The notes: a model not told the origin generated them from the sequence alone. Counted from the whole stretch's first letter, positions 43,066-54,459 are shown. The stretch: DNA of 63,440 bases, filler included, from Octopus bimaculoides (GCF_001194135.2; 4 parts of 4 records of this genome joined end to end with filler, not necessarily neighbours in it); one strand, 5' to 3'. Numbers and translations are program-made.

Positions 43066-43514
43066 GTCTAATAAAGGTACACCAGGCACATGCATCGCAG
43101 CCACATATGCGCGCGATATGTTGAACTCATATCAAGATAAACAGCGCATGACCTTGCAGGTGGGGCTCAGAATTTTTTCATGTTGAGTAGCCCATCCGCT
43201 CAAAAGGTCCCTGAATAAGGTTCGCTTAAGGATGATTAACAAAACATCCATGTTTCCAGAGGTGAATTATTCAAACCCCAAAGAATTCCTCTCAACACAT
43301 AGCTATGATGCTCCCCCCACTACTTCTGCTCATAGTCAGAGATGCACATATCATCAGCCACCAAGGGAAGGTCAAGTAATTGACAAGCAAATCTGTGGTA
43401 TTGAGCAGAATATTTGCTGTACGTGATAACACTTCCAATCAGTTAAGATCAAAATCCACGAGAGCCACTACTTGGTACTGTATCAGGGCAGCGACTGCCT
43501 GGTACTGCATCAGG

Positions 43515-43516
<2 letters not shown>
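43066..43516 (-). mobile_element. Family T element, 5' part, fused to the R4-like ORF fragment
   Basis: Aligns to 43720-44190. Preceded on the minus strand by (AAT)n at 43517-43567. Confidence 0.8.
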
Positions 43517-43571
<55 letters not shown>

Positions 43572-43640
43572 CGGCGAGCTGGCAGAATCGTTAGCACGCC
43601 GGGCGAAATATTTAGCAGCATTTTGCCCATACTTACGTTC

Positions 43641-44189
43641 TGAATGAGAGAGCAATGCATGCCATTAAGGTGGAACTGGGGTACAAATAGACGAAGCCCA
43701 ATATACTCTTCATGACTACCCGTCTGATACAGGTACACAAATATCACAACGATATGTGCGCGACATAGTGATCTCATATCAAGATAAGCAGCGCATAACC
43801 TTGCAAGTGGGGACTAGTTAGAATTTTTTGCAGATCAAGTAGCCCACTCTACTCAAAAGGTTCCTGAATAAGGTTTGTTTAAGGATGATCAACGAAACAC
43901 CCATGTTTCCAGGAGTGAATTGTACAAACCCCTCAAAATTCCTCTCAACACATGGTTATGCTGTTCCCCCATTACTTCTGCTCGTGATCAGAGATGCACA
44001 TATTTTCAGCCACAAAGGGAAATTTCTCAACTGGTTAAGGTCAAGTAACTAATAAGCAAATTTGTGGTATTGAAGAGAATATTTGCTGTAGCTCATCCTT
44101 TATAGCAAGACAAAACACGTACATGATAACACTTCCAATCAGTTAAGATCAGAAGCCATGAGAACCACTGTCCAGCACTGCATCAGAGC

Positions 44190-44190
<1 letters not shown>
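43641..44190 (-). mobile_element. ~550 bp non-coding interspersed element (family T), most complete copy
   Basis: Homologous copies at 11301-11830 and 43066-43516. The 5' end (ATGCTCTGATGCAGT...) directly follows a (TAA)n tract. Confidence 0.8.
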
Positions 44191-44264
<74 letters not shown>

Positions 44265-45139
44265 CATTACTAGCTTCACATCCATCTCTACACTGCCGGA
44301 TAAAGATATGTTTGAGTTAAAATTCCGCTGAGGTCGACTTAGTTTTTCATCCTTTTGGGATCGATGAAGTAAGTACCAGTTGAGTACTGTGACTATCCCC
44401 TTCTTCACCAAATTTCAGACAAGGATTATTTCTATTATTATGGCGGCCAACTGGCAGAATCGTTAACACGCCGGACTAAATTCTTAGCGTCATTTCGTCT
44501 GTCGTTCCGTTCTGAGTTCAAATTCCGCCAAGGTTCACTTTGCATTTTGTCCTTTCGGAGTTGATAAAATAAGTATCAGTTGAGCATTGGGGTCGTTTCA
44601 GGCCATGAACTTTGCGAATAAAATTTAAATACTACAATAGCATGTGATCCGCTTCTCTTTCCATCTCAGACACACCAAAGTCTCTCTATTCTAGGGAAGA
44701 TAGGAGATAAGCTGTGATATTCATCCATTCTTCAACGGTATCAGCGAAGTGAAGCGACTTTGAATCAACCGTGTCAGGTTTTTTTTTGTTCACGTTTCAT
44801 CTGCATCTAGTTTGAACTCTCAGGATCCAAATTTATCTCGTACTAAAGTCCCTAAAAATTAGTTCTCGTCTTAAGGGACACTTTAAACTAGTGTTTCTCA
44901 CAGTGAAGAATACGAGGGTTGAAAAGTGGGCGAATAAATTGCCTTGTTTAATAAAATTAAATGGTTTTAAGCATATTAGACTTTTCCGAAACCTTGAGCG
45001 AAGAATCAAAGTCAGGGAAACTGAATTCTGTCTTTCCATTAGAAAGAGGGAGGAGGGGGCGAAATATTTCTGTAATATATGATAGTGGTGTGTGTGTGTG
45101 TGTATGTACGTGTGTGTATGTGGGTGTGTGGTGTATTAG

Positions 45140-45470
45140 TGAAGGTATATGGCTCAATAATTGTTAGGGTATTCGGCTCACGATTGTAAGGTCGAGAATT
45201 CGATTCCCGACAGTGTGTTGTCTATTTGTGGGAGACACTTAATATCACGTTGCTCCAGCCCACTCAGCCGACAAAATGAGTGGTACCTGTAAGTCAACGG
45301 GCCAATTTTGTCACACACTGTGTCACGCGCTGAATCTCCCTGAAAACTACGTTAAGGGCACGTGCTTGTGTGTGGAGTGATGAACAACTTGCACGCTAGT
45401 TTCACGAGCAGGCTGTTCCGTTGATCGGATCAACTGGAACGCTCATCGTCGTAACAGACGGAGTGCCTGC
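45140..45470 (+). mobile_element. tRNA-derived SINE with CORE-like middle and the same 3' half as the OR-like family
   Basis: Diverged tRNA-like head, then cacgttgctccagcccactcagc, then a 3' half shared with 56.5 kb and 10.1 kb. Confidence 0.75.
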
Positions 45471-45629
45471 GTGTTTATTATATTTCGGTTAACGACTGTT
45501 TTAAACGACCTACTGCCCTGTAGCACAGATATATGGTCATATTTCATCTATTACACCCGAGTATATTTTGAGTCTTTAAGGCACAGAGGAAGTCCAGTTA
45601 CATAAAAGAAAAGTCTTTTAAAAATAATA

Positions 45630-46075
45630 ATGACATGAATATTCCTTGCGATCATGATATAGCGGCGAAAGAATTTGACAAGATCAGTAAATATAAAGAC
45701 TTGCTAATAGAAATTGAAAAAATGTGGCATCTCAAGGCGACTACCGTACCAGTGATTGTAGGATCTCTAGGAATGATAAAAAAAAAAAGGTACTGAAACC
45801 TATTTGAAAATGATACCAGGCCTACCATCTCCACAGGAAGTGCAAACAATCGTGTTAACTGGAACGACTCATGTACTGAGAATAGCATTATCGCTGTGAA
45901 AACAACAACCATTCATGAATTTATTTATTTATTAATTTTTTACATACATATTTTACCTGTGAATTTGCGTGTGCAAACTGGAAATGCATACAATGAGCTT
46001 CTCTGCCCTAGGTGTACGGAAAACATTCGGCGAGAAATGGAAGGAAGAAAAAAAAACAATAATAATAACAAAAAA
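45630..46075 (+). mobile_element. R4/Dong-like 3' fragment, same subfamily as 42482-43065
   Basis: AKEFDKISKYKDLLIEIEKMWHLKATTVPVIVGSLGMIKK..TGTTHVLRIALSL*. The 3' UTR shares gag(c/t)ttctctgccctaggt with the 42.5 kb copy and ends in aataataataac. Confidence 0.85.
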
Positions 46076-46189
46076 AAAAACAAAAAAACTATCACCTTCC
46101 CTACAACAACAGCCTTTAAATGGCAAAAAGTGAGAATCCAAACTAGATTGAAATGATCACAGTATATTACTGGTATTATATCAACTAAG

Positions 46190-46530
46190 GTGAAAGTGCA
46201 TGACTCTGTGATTAAAGCTTTGACGTCAAAATCACGAGGTAGTGCGTTTGATTCTCTTATCGTGCTGTGTGCTGTGTTCTTGTGCAAGAAACTTTATTTC
46301 ACGTCGCTCCAGTTCACTCAACTGTAGAAATGAGTTGTGACGTCACTGGTGCCAAGCTGTATCAGCCTTTGCCTTTCCTTTGGATAACATCAGTGGCATT
46401 GAGAAGGAAGGCCAGTATGCATAGGAGACTGCTGGTCTTCCATAAGCAACCTTGTCTGGACTTGTGCCTCGGAGGGTAACTTTCTTGGTGCAATCTCATG
46501 GTCATTTATGACCGAATGGGGTCTATACTT
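46190..46530 (+). mobile_element. CORE-like SINE, older copy
   Basis: Aligns to the reverse complement of 55935-56270. Confidence 0.75.
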
Positions 46531-46732
46531 TATCGACTACAACGGGATGTGAAGCGATGCCAACACTAGCGCTATTTGATCACTGAGGGCAACAAGTCTA
46601 TCGCTCTCTCGCGTTTGTTGCCCACCCTCATCAGAGGACACGAGTAACACCCGATCAGAACGCAATCACTAGTCTTCTCTGATGAGAACACTAGTAACAG
46701 TGGTGATTATGATGATGATTATGATGATGATG

Positions 46733-46764
<32 letters not shown>

Positions 46765-46903
46765 GATGACGACGGCGATGACGATGGAGGGTGATGAGCA
46801 TGAGGAGGAGGAGGAGGAGAGGATGTCGAGAACGATGACTTACAACAAAACAGAAATACTTGCTGCGACTTTTGTAACTTGAATCGCATACTTCTGCAAC
46901 AAT

Positions 46904-46975
<72 letters not shown>

Positions 46976-46976
46976 A

Positions 46977-47016
<40 letters not shown>

Positions 47017-47045
47017 TTCCTCCTGCTGCCCTACTACTGCTACTT

Positions 47046-47094
<49 letters not shown>

Positions 47095-47942
47095 AAGTAG
47101 TAATAGAATAGTAGTAGTTATAGGTTAGGGATTTAAGTTGTAAGAGTAAAGTCGTAACAACTGTTTCTTATTGTTGCACATCATGATCATCATCATCATT
47201 ATAACCATCATCACTATAATTACCGTCATATAAAGTCATTTTTAGCGTATCTCATCTCTGACGCCCACCATCATCACTAACAATATGATCTCAACAACCG
47301 CCGCCACTTTCACCGCTCCCATCAAAGAAGAGATCACGCGATCTGTTAGAAATAGCAACTGAATCTCCTGACGGGACGATCATGACTGGAACGCCTTTGG
47401 GGTTTAATCAACAACAATAACAACAGCAACAACCACAACACTGCATGGTCGCTAGACTGGCTGAAATTAGCAGTCAAATCTCTTGTTGATCAAATCATAC
47501 AGTCTTAAAAATAGGAAGGACGCGTTTTGATTTGTGATCAGGATTGGAACGATTTTGAGGATAAATGTCCTTGAGCAAGACTGACCTAGGGCTAAACGAC
47601 AACAGCAAAAGTTGGCAAGTATTTTGTGAGTGAAAGAGAAATCAGTGTTTAACAGGTGAGTCTGACATCCCAAACTGATGTATCTGCTCCCCCTCTATAT
47701 CTCTATCTCTCTTTCTCTCTCTTTCAGCAGTAAACACATCGCAGACAACAGTGGCTTCCTTAAGCACGCTCTCTCAACACTACCAATACTATATGACCAG
47801 TGTAGAAGCAGCTTCGTATAATTCCGTCGCAACATACTCCCANNNNNNNNNNNNNNNNNNNNNNNNNNNNNNNNNNNNNNNNNNNNTTAATTAATTAANN
47901 NNNNNNNNNNNNNNNNNNNNNNNNNNNNNNNNNNNNNNNNNN

Positions 47943-48165
47943 GCCAGTACCTCCTGACTGGTCTTTGTGGCGGTGACACGTAAAAGCACCCACTACACTC
48001 TCGGAGTGGTTGGTGTCAGGAAGGGCATCCAGCTGTAGAAACTCTGGCAAATCAGATTGGAGCCTGGTGTAGCCATCTGTTTCACCAGTCCTCAGTCAAA
48101 TCGTCCAACCCATGCTAGCATGGAAAGCGGACGTTAAACAATGATGATGATGATGATGATGATTA
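47943..48165 (+). mobile_element. Short element with RTE-type 3' tail and (GAT)n
   Basis: ...ggaagggcatccagctgtagaaac...cgtccaacccatgctagcatggaaagcggacgttaaacaatgatgatg. Confidence 0.8.
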
Positions 48166-48735
48166 TATATACATAAACATACATATACACACATATGATG
48201 GCCTTCTTTCGGTTTCAGTCTACCAAATCCACTCATAAGGCTATAATCTGCCTGAGGCTATACTAGAAAACACTTGCCCAATGTGCCACTTAGTAGGACT
48301 GAACCCAGAACCATACGGTTGGGAAGCAAGCTTCTCACCACGCAGTCATACCTGCACCTATTAATAAAATATCTATTCCACCCTTCCCAAGAGAACTTCC
48401 TCCCTTCATGTCACATTAACACACCTCATTTTGCATTTATCGTTAAGGTTAGTTTAATAATAGTTCCTCCCACATATCAAGCTTGCATGATGGATTCCTA
48501 CAGAGCTCAATCCTATCACCTGTATACATCATCCTCTGGGTGCTCAACATTCCATGCACTTTATGTAATATACTCATACCAGCTAACATTATCACTATTA
48601 CATTCACACAATATTCTCACCACAAAAATATCAGTCACAGCTACACACCAGCCGTACTCATAATATATATATATACATATATATATACGCACACACACAC
48701 AGATATATCTCCAGACACACACACTCACACACACA

Positions 48736-48951
48736 CAAAGGGGTACTGAAAAGTTCCAGCGTTTGGGTAAAAGAATATACAGGAGGACCAGTTAATTATG
48801 ATTTTATTCAAAATATTCCCCTCCCAGATTCACACACTTATTACAGCAATCCTTCAGTTTTTGTGAGTCCTGTAAAAGAACTCGGTAGGTTGGGCTTCCA
48901 ACCAGGCCTTTCATGATACCCTTAAGCCAGGAACTTTTCAGCATCTCCTTG
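48736..48951 (-). mobile_element. Mariner-derived MITE
   Basis: Terminal inverted repeats caaaggggtactgaaaagttcc / ggaacttttcagcatctccttg. The interior encodes QKLKDCCNKCVNLGGEYFE*, like the mariner transposase C-terminus (KCVxxxGxYxE). Confidence 0.8.
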
Positions 48952-48967
48952 TGTGTGTGTGTGTATA

Positions 48968-49109
48968 TCATCATCATTATCATCATCATCATCGTTTAAC
49001 GTCCGCTTTCCATGCTAGCATGGGTTGGACGATTTGACTGAGGACTGGTGCAACCGGATGGCTACACCAGGCTCCAATCTAATTTGGCAGAGTTTCTACA
49101 GCTGGATGC
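48968..49109 (-). mobile_element. Second copy of the RTE-tailed element, inverted, runs into a gap
   Basis: Near-identical reverse complement of 48025-48165. Confidence 0.85.
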
Positions 49110-49810
49110 NNNNNNNNNNNNNNNNNNNNNNNNNNNNNNNNNNNNNNNNNNNNNNNNNNNNNNNNNNNNNNNNNNNNNNNNNNNNNNNNNNNNNNNNNNN
49201 NNNNNNNNNNNNNNNNNNNNNNNNNNNNNNNNNNNNNNNNNNNNNNNNNNNNNNNNNNNNNNNNNNNNNNNNNNNNNNNNNNNNNNNNNNNNNNNNNNNN
49301 NNNNNNNNNNNNNNNNNNNNNNNNNNNNNNNNNNNNNNNNNNNNNNNNNNNNNNNNNNNNNNNNNNNNNNNNNNNNNNNNNNNNNNNNNNNNNNNNNNNN
49401 NNNNNNNNNNNNNNNNNNNNNNNNNNNNNNNNNNNNNNNNNNNNNNNNNNNNNNNNNNNNNNNNNNNNNNNNNNNNNNNNNNNNNNNNNNNNNNNNNNNN
49501 NNNNNNNNNNNNNNNNNNNNNNNNNNNNNNNNNNNNNNNNNNNNNNNNNNNNNNNNNNNNNNNNNNNNNNNNNNNNNNNNNNNNNNNNNNNNNNNNNNNN
49601 NNNNNNNNNNNNNNNNNNNNNNNNNNNNNNNNNNNNNNNNNNNNNNNNNNNNNNNNNNNNNNNNNNNNNNNNNNNNNNNNNNNNNNNNNNNNNNNNNNNN
49701 NNNNNNNNNNNNNNNNNNNNNNNNNNNNNNNNNNNNNNNNNNNNNNNNNNNNNNNNNNNNNNNNNNNNNNNNNNNNNNNNNNNNNNNNNNNNNNNNNNNN
49801 NNNNNNNNNN

Positions 49811-49852
<42 letters not shown>

Positions 49853-50645
49853 ATATGCACACGCGCACACATATGCACATACATATACATGATGCATACA
49901 TATATTACACACATGTTTACATACATAATACAGGTCTCTACATACTTGAGGTGCCCTCACACTTTGTACATCTAGTATTTTACACTGGCAATACTACAAT
50001 CAGATCTACACACATGCAGCATGAGAGCAGCTACATAGTCACTCCTCATGCTAGAAATAGCAACCAATCTCCCTTGAATCACATATCACCCTCTTAAAAA
50101 GAAGAAAGAAAGGAAGGATCCAAATTAAATAATGTAGCTGCATGTAACCCACAAAATGACAGAACAGAGTGCCTTTAAGCATAGGTATTAATTAGGGTTT
50201 ACCTGGGGCCAAGTAACGACAACAACCACAACAAATGGTAGCAGCAGACTTGACAGCACATGCCATGCATACCTATATTTGGTTAGCTTGTATATACCTG
50301 ACACTGCCCCACAAATATACATGTAGTATTTCATGGTGACAGTATTAGTTTACTTAAACACAGTTGCATACCAACTCTTGTATTGTCTGTAACCTTATGG
50401 TTCAACAAAAATATGGTAACGCTATTACCAGGCTTTAAAAGAAAATAATTCCTGGGGTCGTTTTGTTCAACTAAACCCTTCAAAGTGGTGTTCCAGCATG
50501 GCCACAGTCCAATGACTGAAACAAAAGAAAAGACTTGTTCAACCTGTTAGAAAAAGCAGTCAAATATTTCTCAAATATCACATCATCATCTTAACCCTTT
50601 TGTTACTGTATTTATTTTGTGATGCTCTGTGTTGCTTTCAATTAA

Positions 50646-50671
50646 TCTATATATATAAAAATGAGAATGTG

Positions 50672-50706
<35 letters not shown>

Positions 50707-50889
50707 GTGAATCCCTAAAACTCGAGAACTACGCAACCAATTTCATTCAAATTTTACACATGCCTTACTTAGGGTTCCAGTTGTGTTTTAGTCAAAAAAA
50801 TTATTAACTTCTTGCAGAGTTCGAGCACCCGGCAACATAATATCTCCTCCACTATTTAAGTATTACGTGTCAAAAGTGAAACAAAAACA
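50646..50889 (+). mobile_element. Non-autonomous Helitron 5' end (runs into a gap)
   Basis: Starts 5'-TCTATATATATAAAA directly after an A, followed by a (CTGT)n tract. This is the typical architecture of animal non-autonomous Helitrons. Confidence 0.65.
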
Positions 50890-50989
50890 NNNNNNNNNNN
50901 NNNNNNNNNNNNNNNNNNNNNNNNNNNNNNNNNTTAATTAATTAANNNNNNNNNNNNNNNNNNNNNNNNNNNNNNNNNNNNNNNNNNNN

Positions 50990-51052
<63 letters not shown>

Positions 51053-51053
51053 T

Positions 51054-51116
<63 letters not shown>

Positions 51117-51364
51117 GATGATGATGATGATGATGATGATAATCGTTTCTACCATAGGCACAAGGCCTGAAATTGGGGGAGAGGGGATAATCGGTTACAT
51201 TGACCTCATTGTTTCACTGGTACTTAATTTACCGACCCCCGAAAGTATGAAAGGTAAAATCGACCCCGACGGCATTTGAGCTCAGAACGTAAAGACAGAC
51301 GAAATGGCGCTAAGCATTTTGCTGAATCGTGTTAACGATTTTGCCAGCTTACCACCTTACACAA

Positions 51365-53430
51365 GATAATATTAAGCTGTTTTGTGTATGAGTCAAAGGA
51401 CGGAGTCTAATGTTTCTTTACTAATGTCTGCGGTAGCTAGCACGGCAGGTGAGGAAAGCCTTTTGGTTTTGAAGCCATCATGTATTTTCTGTGTTAAGTT
51501 TTGTGAGTACAGGGGTCCGAATCAATGTTACGATTTGGAAACGTGGATGTGTAGATTAGAGAAGTCAGGGATTAGATTCTTGTTGAATTTTGAAGGTGTG
51601 TATCGTAAGGTGAATGGTGTGCGTGATGTTACTTCTCAGGATGTTTTTTTGTGCTAAAGAACTTTGTTTTCGCCCAGCTTCCAGATCTTGGAAATTTCAT
51701 AGTGTTGGCACATATAGTTGTGGATGTTGGTGAATGTAGTGATTCCATCAAGCCCTAAATATGTAAAGTGTTTGTGAGGCGGCGAGCTGGCAGAGTCGTT
51801 AGCGCACCCGGAAAATGTTTAGCGGCATTACGTCCGACTTTACGTTCTGAGTTTCAAATTCCACCCGGGTCGACTTTGCTTTTCATTGTTTCGGGGTCGA
51901 TAAAAGGAGTACCAGTTGAGCACTGGGGTCAAGATAATCGACTTAACCCGCTCCTCGAAATTGCTGCCAAAATTTGAAATTATCATGAGAGACCTGCATG
52001 CAGTGGATGTAGGTGTCTTCAAGATGAGGCTGGACCTCTTCCTGTCAGGTGTCCCAGATGAACCAACTTCACGGCAGGAGGTGCAGATGAGAGCAGCTGC
52101 ATCAAACTCTCTCATGCACCAAATGTCAATTCCTGAAGTAAAATTGTGTAGCAACACCAAATGGCGGTGCCCCAGCATGGCCACAGCTCATGAGCTTAAA
52201 CTAGATAAAATGAAAATGAAAAATGAAAATGATTACTAAGGCGGTGAGCAGGTAGAATCGTTAGCACGCCGGACAAAGTGCTTTGAGACATTTCGTCCGT
52301 GTTTACGGTCTGAGTTCAAATTCCATCGAGATCGACCTTGCTTTTCAACGTTTCAGGATTGACTAAATAGATACCAGTAGAACACTGGGGTCGATGTAAT
52401 CTATTTAACCCACACCCCGAAACTGCAGGCCTTGTGCCAAAACTTGAAACCAATATTCTAGGTGTTTCTCTGTGATTCCATCTAACCCTGGATTGTTTGT
52501 GATTTTCAGATTACGTTAATGCTTTTGCGCTGTCCGATGCAAAGAACTATGGTTGGAGTTTACGGGTAAAGGTGCGTATTTTTCGTTTCGTGTCTGTGCC
52601 CTCTTTCTGCGGTTCTTGCTGACTGATTTTCGAGAAATATCTGATAAGGGCGTTCACTTGCTATTGCAGGGTGGGTTTAATATTTCAAATTATTATTCTG
52701 ATATTTGATGTCGTGTGGGCCTCGGTGATGTTGCTAATTAATGTTTGTTTTGTGGTTTATTTCGGATAAAAATGTTTTTCTCTGGTTTTATTCCTGGTGT
52801 GGTGTTACTTTCTTGTCGAGTTCTTTGATGCTGAGTCTTGTTTCCGTTGTGTGTGGTGTTGGGTGTGTTGTGGCGGTGCTTCACTCTGGTCCTCAAGGGA
52901 TTGGTTACATTTGATGTGTAATTGGGACCGTATTTTTACATTGCATTATGGGATATATTGCTTGGATGTTTCTGTAATTATTTTGCTGAATTTTTCCATC
53001 GCAGTATCTCTGTTGGTTAATTATGATGTTGCTTAATTCTGAAAAACCTGGGTTCTCTTTCTTGATAGAATTAATTCCATTGGTCGTTTTTAAAGTTTGA
53101 GAATCTGTCTTTCTTGTATCTATCTGTGAGCTGTTATGGTAACTGGTAAGTGATCTGAAGAATGTTGAGGAATTATTAATATAGTGATTGTAGCAGCGAA
53201 AGGAAGATCCGGGGGGGGGCAGTTTTCCAAGATTGCCTAGTAAGTATATCAATGATTCTATGGTTTGTTTTGGATGTATAGGGAGTTCGGACTTGCGACA
53301 ATTACGTCATTTTTTTTCTGATCTGTAATATTTGAAAAGTAAGGAAGCTGAGTATACCGAAGTTATGTTCCTCTTCGGTGTTTGTAGTTGTGTTACTATT
53401 GAGTTGTGTAATTTACTTTGAGTAGCTTGG
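51365..53430 (-). mobile_element. Decayed APE-RT LINE (I/Jockey-like), split by insertions at 51778-52450
   Basis: Endonuclease end RIIDILT...SSDHLPVTIT (53.25-53.13 kb). RT N-terminus NNPGLDGITEKHL (52.5 kb) resumes as KHFTYLGLDGITTFTNI..IWKLG..QKIHDGFKTKRLSSPAVLATADISK (51.77-51.4 kb). Confidence 0.8.
51985..52235 (+). mobile_element. CR1/L2-group LINE 3' end (ORF2 C-terminus, 3' UTR, (AAAATG)n tail)
   Basis: RDLHAVDVGVFKMRLDLFLSGVPDEP...RAAASNSL matches the FKxxLDxFLxxVPDEP C-terminal motif of invertebrate CR1/L2-like ORF2. Confidence 0.75.
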
Positions 53431-53990
53431 TAAGACAGATGACGAAGTCAGTGTGGTAAGAAGCTTGCTTCTCCAACTGCATGGTTCAGGGTTCAATCCC
53501 ACTGCGTGGACCCTTGGCCAAGTATTTCCTACTACAGCCTCGGGACAACCAAAACCTTATGAGTGGATTTGGTAGACGGAACTTAAAAGAAGCCCGTTGT
53601 ATGTATATATATATATATATATATNNNNNNNNNNNNNNNNNNNNNNNNNNNNNNNNNNNNNNNNNNNNNNNNNNNNNNNNNNNNNNNNNNNNNNNNNNNN
53701 NNNNNNNNNNNNNNNNNNNNNNNNNNNNNNNNNNNNNNNNNNNNNNNNNNNNNNNNNNNNNNNNNNNNNNNNNNNNNNNNNNNNNNNNNNNNNNNNNNNN
53801 NNNNNNNNNNNNNNNNNNNNNNNNNNNNNNNNNNNNNNNNNNNNNNNNNNNNNNNNNNNNNNNNNNNNNNNNNNNNNNNNNNNNNNNNNNNNNNNNNNNN
53901 NNNNNNNNNNNNNNNNNNNNNNNNNNNNNNNNNNNNNNNNNNNNNNNNNNNNNNNNNNNNNNNNNNNNNNNNNNNNNNNNNNNNNNNNNN

Positions 53991-54027
<37 letters not shown>

Positions 54028-54459
54028 TTATTCTTAAATGTATTCTGTGCGGAACCATAACATCAGATAGTGAAACAATAATGCTACATCCTCTTCGTTA
54101 TTCTTCCAGTAAAATCGTGTCATTTTCTTTTCGTTTTTTTTTTCTTTGTTTTGTTTAGCTTTTTTTTATTCTTGGAATATTTATAAAAATTCTTGGTAAT
54201 GCTTGTGTGAGTATTTTGTAATCTTTACCAGACACTGACCTTTTTTTTTTGTGTGTGTGTTTTAGATCCGCCTTTCTGCTCTGCAGAAACTGGTTTTCCA
54301 AGATCTTGTAAAAACTGTGATTCTCTAATGGCGTCTGTCCGTGTTAGAAAATACAATTCTGCATGTCCAGAGCTCGTCGTTAGATGAGTTTTCCAGTCAC
54401 GAATATCTCACTCAGTCTCTTTCTACCCTATTAAGTTCACTGTTGATTTATTCTGTGTA

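Noticed and set aside
47656-47727. 72 nt GT-AG mini-intron (CAG|GTGAGT ... tctttcag|)
   Set aside because: The acceptor derives from a (CT)n microsatellite, the upstream segment is repeat-derived and closed in all frames.
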